DNA of 64,000 nucleotides from an uncultured Gemmataceae bacterium (GTDB taxonomy: Bacteria; Planctomycetota; Planctomycetia; Gemmatales; Gemmataceae), in the NCBI GenBank assembly GCA_963750165.1, contig CAVVPN010000011.1, positions 864,001 through 928,000 on the forward strand, in the 5' to 3' direction. Of this stretch, positions 61,134 to 64,000 are shown piece by piece. A program made the translations under genes and the position numbers. The notes below the pieces were generated by a model that was not told where the DNA came from, ran no database searches, and saw only the letters and a list, made by a program, of their open reading frames with translations. The stretch's first letter is position 1; each line of letters starts with the position of its first letter.

Positions 61134-62395
61134 ATGCGGAGATTTCTCTTGGTGTGCGCACTTCTCCTCGGCTCCGCCGCGCACCCACGCGCCCAGGTTG
61201 CAGAGGAAGCAGTCACGTTTGGCCCGAACGACTGGCCGTGGTGGCGTGGGCCGCATCGCAACGGCGTCGCCGACGCCAGGCAGAAGCCGCCGACTCGATG
61301 GAACGAAACAGACGGCATCCTCTGGAAGGCGCCGATTCCCGGGCGCGGGCACGGCTCGCCGATCGTCGTCGGCGATCAGGTCTTCCTCGCGACTGCGGAG
61401 CACGACCAGCAGTCTCAGTCGGTCCTCTGCTTCGATCGAAACACCGGCAAGCGGCTTTGGCAAACCGTGGTCCACCAGGGCAAGTTTGAAAAGGGGGGCA
61501 ATGGCAAGGCGTCGCTGGCCTCCGCGACCGCGGCCTGTGACGGCCGGCGCGTTTTCATCAACTTCCTCCACGATCAGGCGATCTACACCACCGCCCTGTC
61601 GATGGACGGTAAAAAACTCTGGCAGACCCGCGTCACCGGCTTCCAACTCCATCAGGGGTATGGGCCGTCGCCGACCGTCTACAAGTCGCTCGTGCTCGTC
61701 ACGGCCGACAACAAGGGGACTGGCCTCGTCGCGGGGCTTGACCGGGCGACGGGCGGCATCGTTTGGAAGCAGGAACGCCCGAAGTGGCCGAACTACGCGT
61801 CGCCGATCATTATCAAGACCGCCGGGCGCGACGAGTTGATCTTGACCGGCTGCGAACGGATCGCCAGCTACGACCCCCTCACCGGCAAGCCGCACTGGGA
61901 CTTCAAAGGGACCACACAGGAAACGGTCACCTCGATCGTCACCGACGGCGAACACATCTTTACCAGTGGTGGGTACCCGAAGAAATACGTCTCCGCGATC
62001 AAGGCAGACGGGTCGGGCCAGACCGCCTGGGAGATCAAGACCCAGGTCTATGTGCCGTCGATGCTGGTGCACGACAAGCACCTGTACGCGGTGACCGACG
62101 GAGGCGTCGCGGTTTGCTGGGAGTGCGCCACGGCGCAGAGGCCTGGAAGAAACGCCTCCACGGCGCATTCACCGCGTCGCCGGTGCTTGTCGGCGACCAG
62201 ATTTACGCGACCAACGAAGACGGCAACACGTACATCTTCAAGGCGACTCCCAGGGGATACGAAGCGATTGCCGAGAACCAACTCGGCACCGAAGCATTGG
62301 CCACGCCGACGATCTGCGGCAGTCGCATCTACATGCGTGTCGCCACCAACCAGGCCGGCAAACGGCAGGAGTTGCTGTACTGCATCGGGAAGTGA
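61134..62395 (+). CDS. PQQ-binding-like beta-propeller protein; frameshift near 62135
   Basis: Signal peptide; DWPWWRGP..NG, LWKAPIPGRGHGSPIV, YASPII, ASPVLVGDQIY, ATPTICGSRIYMR. Confidence 0.88.
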
Positions 62396-62627
62396 CGTTG
62401 GATTTCCGCGGCGCACTTACCACAGGGGAGGGCGGGAGAACGCTGCCAAACGCTTCGGCTCGTGCGCGCTCCGATTTGACACGCCGAAGCACCGGCCGTT
62501 CCGAGCGTCGCCGATGTGATTGGAGCGCGCAGTATCGCGAGCCAGGTTGCATTCGGGGGGGCGGACCGAGGCGCGCAACGGCCACCGGCTTGCCTGCGCA
62601 AGTCGATTAAACCGACGCGCGCGGCTA

Positions 62628-63610
62628 GGCTCTATCTGATAATAGGCGGCCGATCTACAATATCCTTGATTCCGGCCCACGAGTTCGGAAATTGCTCCCA
62701 GGAGTCTTCCCGTGCATCGCTACGAACTGACCGATGCCCAATGGGATCAGATCGCCGCCTACTTCCCCGATTGCGGCCATGACGGCGGTCCCGGAGCCCC
62801 CTGGAAAGACCACCGCCGGATGGTCAATGGCATTCTGTGGCACCTCCACACTGGCGCCCCGTGGCCAGACCTCCCCGAGCGCTACGGCCCGTGGAAGACC
62901 GTCTTCGACCGCTTCCAGCGCTGGCGCCGCGACGGTACGTGGGCGCAGATCCTGGACGCGCTGCTGTTGCGCTTGGACCGAGCCGGTCTCATCGACCGCG
63001 ACCTGTGGCTGGTCGATGCCACCGTCATCCGCGCCAGCCGTGCCGCCGCCGGGGCGAAAAAAAAATCCGCGGCAGCCGCACGTGCTGGCCGGCCCTGAGT
63101 CGCTGCAAGTGGTGGAGCCGAAAGACCATGCGCTGGGGCGATCCCAGGGAGGCTTCGGCACCAAGGTCCACCTGGTCTGCGACAGCCACGGCATCGTGTT
63201 GGCGGTCTGGGCTACCCCCGGCCAGCGGCACGAATCCCAAGCATTCGCGGTCGTCCTGCTGCGGGCGAAGCGGCCGCGGCGTGCGGGCCGCCCGCGCTGG
63301 CCCCGTCAGGTCGCAGGGGACAAAGGCTACAGTTACCCGGGCATCCGGCAGTGGCTCCGACGCCGCCACATCGGCGGCGTGATCCCGACCCGTAAGGACC
63401 AGGTGCGGGAGGAGTCCTTCGACAAGGCGGCCTACCGGCGGCGGAGCCGCATCGAGCAGGTGATCGGCTGGTACAAGGAGTGCCGCGCCTTGGGGACTCG
63501 TTACGAGAAACTGGCCGTCAATTATGTCGCCCTCTGGATGGTCGCCATCATCGACAAACTCCTTCACAAGTACTTAAAGTGGCTGAAAAACTAATTTATC
63601 AGATAGAGCC
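62628..63610 (+). mobile_element. IS5-family (IS427-like) insertion sequence
   Basis: Perfect 15-bp IRs GGCTCTATCTGATAA with TA on both flanks. Confidence 0.9.
62712..63594 (+). CDS. IS5 transposase, two ORFs meeting at an A9 run (63057-63065)
   Basis: ELTDAQW, TGAPWPDLPERYGPW, VDATVIRA; LGRSQGGFGTKVHL, GDKGYS, YRRRSRIEQ, TRYEKLA. Confidence 0.9.
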
Positions 63611-63686
63611 TAATGCCTGCTCAACGAACCAGAGCCATTGGCAACCTTGCTCGGCAACTGTTTGGAGGCGTCAGGGGGCAGTGTCC

Positions 63687-64000
63687 TCAAGGCACCGGCG
63701 GGCCACCGAGTTTCTCCAAGCGATCGCGGCGCTGCTGCCAGGTGGCGGCGTCGAGGACGCGAACCAGTCCGTGCTCGTCCAGCTCCTGGCAGGTAATGAC
63801 CTGGGTCCAGAGGAAAACCTGTTCCGGATTTCCACGAACTTGGGGGACCCGCCACAACCGCGCCATGCCGTCAAATGTCCCCGCCATGCCTTCATGACAT
63901 CCCGTCAGAACGGACTTGCCGTCTGGGCTGAAGGAGGCGACGAAAACGCTGCCTTGATGCAGCAGGGGTGGTCCGAGTTGCTTGCCCGTGGCCGCCTCCC
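63687..64000 (-). CDS. 3' end of a WD40-repeat protein (partial; continues beyond the window)
   Basis: EAATGKQLGPPLLHQGSVFVASFSPDGKSVLTG...ARLW...RLEKLGGPPVP*. Confidence 0.7.
   Translation of the reverse strand, partial: EAATGKQLGPPLLHQGSVFVASFSPDGKSVLTGCHEGMAGTFDGMARLWRVPQVRGNPEQVFLWTQVITCQELDEHGLVRVLDAATWQQRRDRLEKLGGPPVP

Overview
GC-rich bacterial DNA, very probably from a planctomycete (DUF1501, DUF1580, PQQ-propeller and Pro/Gly-rich secreted proteins typical of the phylum). More than ten otherwise intact genes carry single-base frameshifts, which suggests uncorrected long-read indels, so pseudogene calls are provisional. Layout: (1) 0.2-9.4 kb, secreted proteins, a USP, an RND efflux pair and a methyltransferase; (2) 9.6-16 kb, a candidate ~70-nt sRNA, then IS1202-like, MITE, IS1380 and ISL3-like elements; (3) 16.3-19 kb, a two-gene RiPP locus with a B12-dependent CX7CX2C radical SAM enzyme and a small precursor whose Val-rich core (ISVHVSVEC) appears hidden by a 1-nt homopolymer shift; (4) 19.4-35.8 kb, a co-oriented cluster of a patatin/cPLA2-like lipase, two GMC oxidoreductases, three RoxA/MauG-like diheme cytochromes c, a membrane-anchored catalase-like protein, two small membrane proteins and an Old Yellow Enzyme, which is a candidate undescribed oxylipin-type pathway; (5) 39-49.6 kb, two orphan Rhs toxin modules followed by LRR or WD40 genes and by reshuffled repeats; (6) IS66 and an IS701-like element; (7) 53.5-60.4 kb, a phage-satellite-like element next to a tRNA-Gly 3' fragment; (8) a PQQ-propeller gene, an IS5 element and a partial WD40 gene. 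All family assignments come from motif recognition by eye; no database searches were run.
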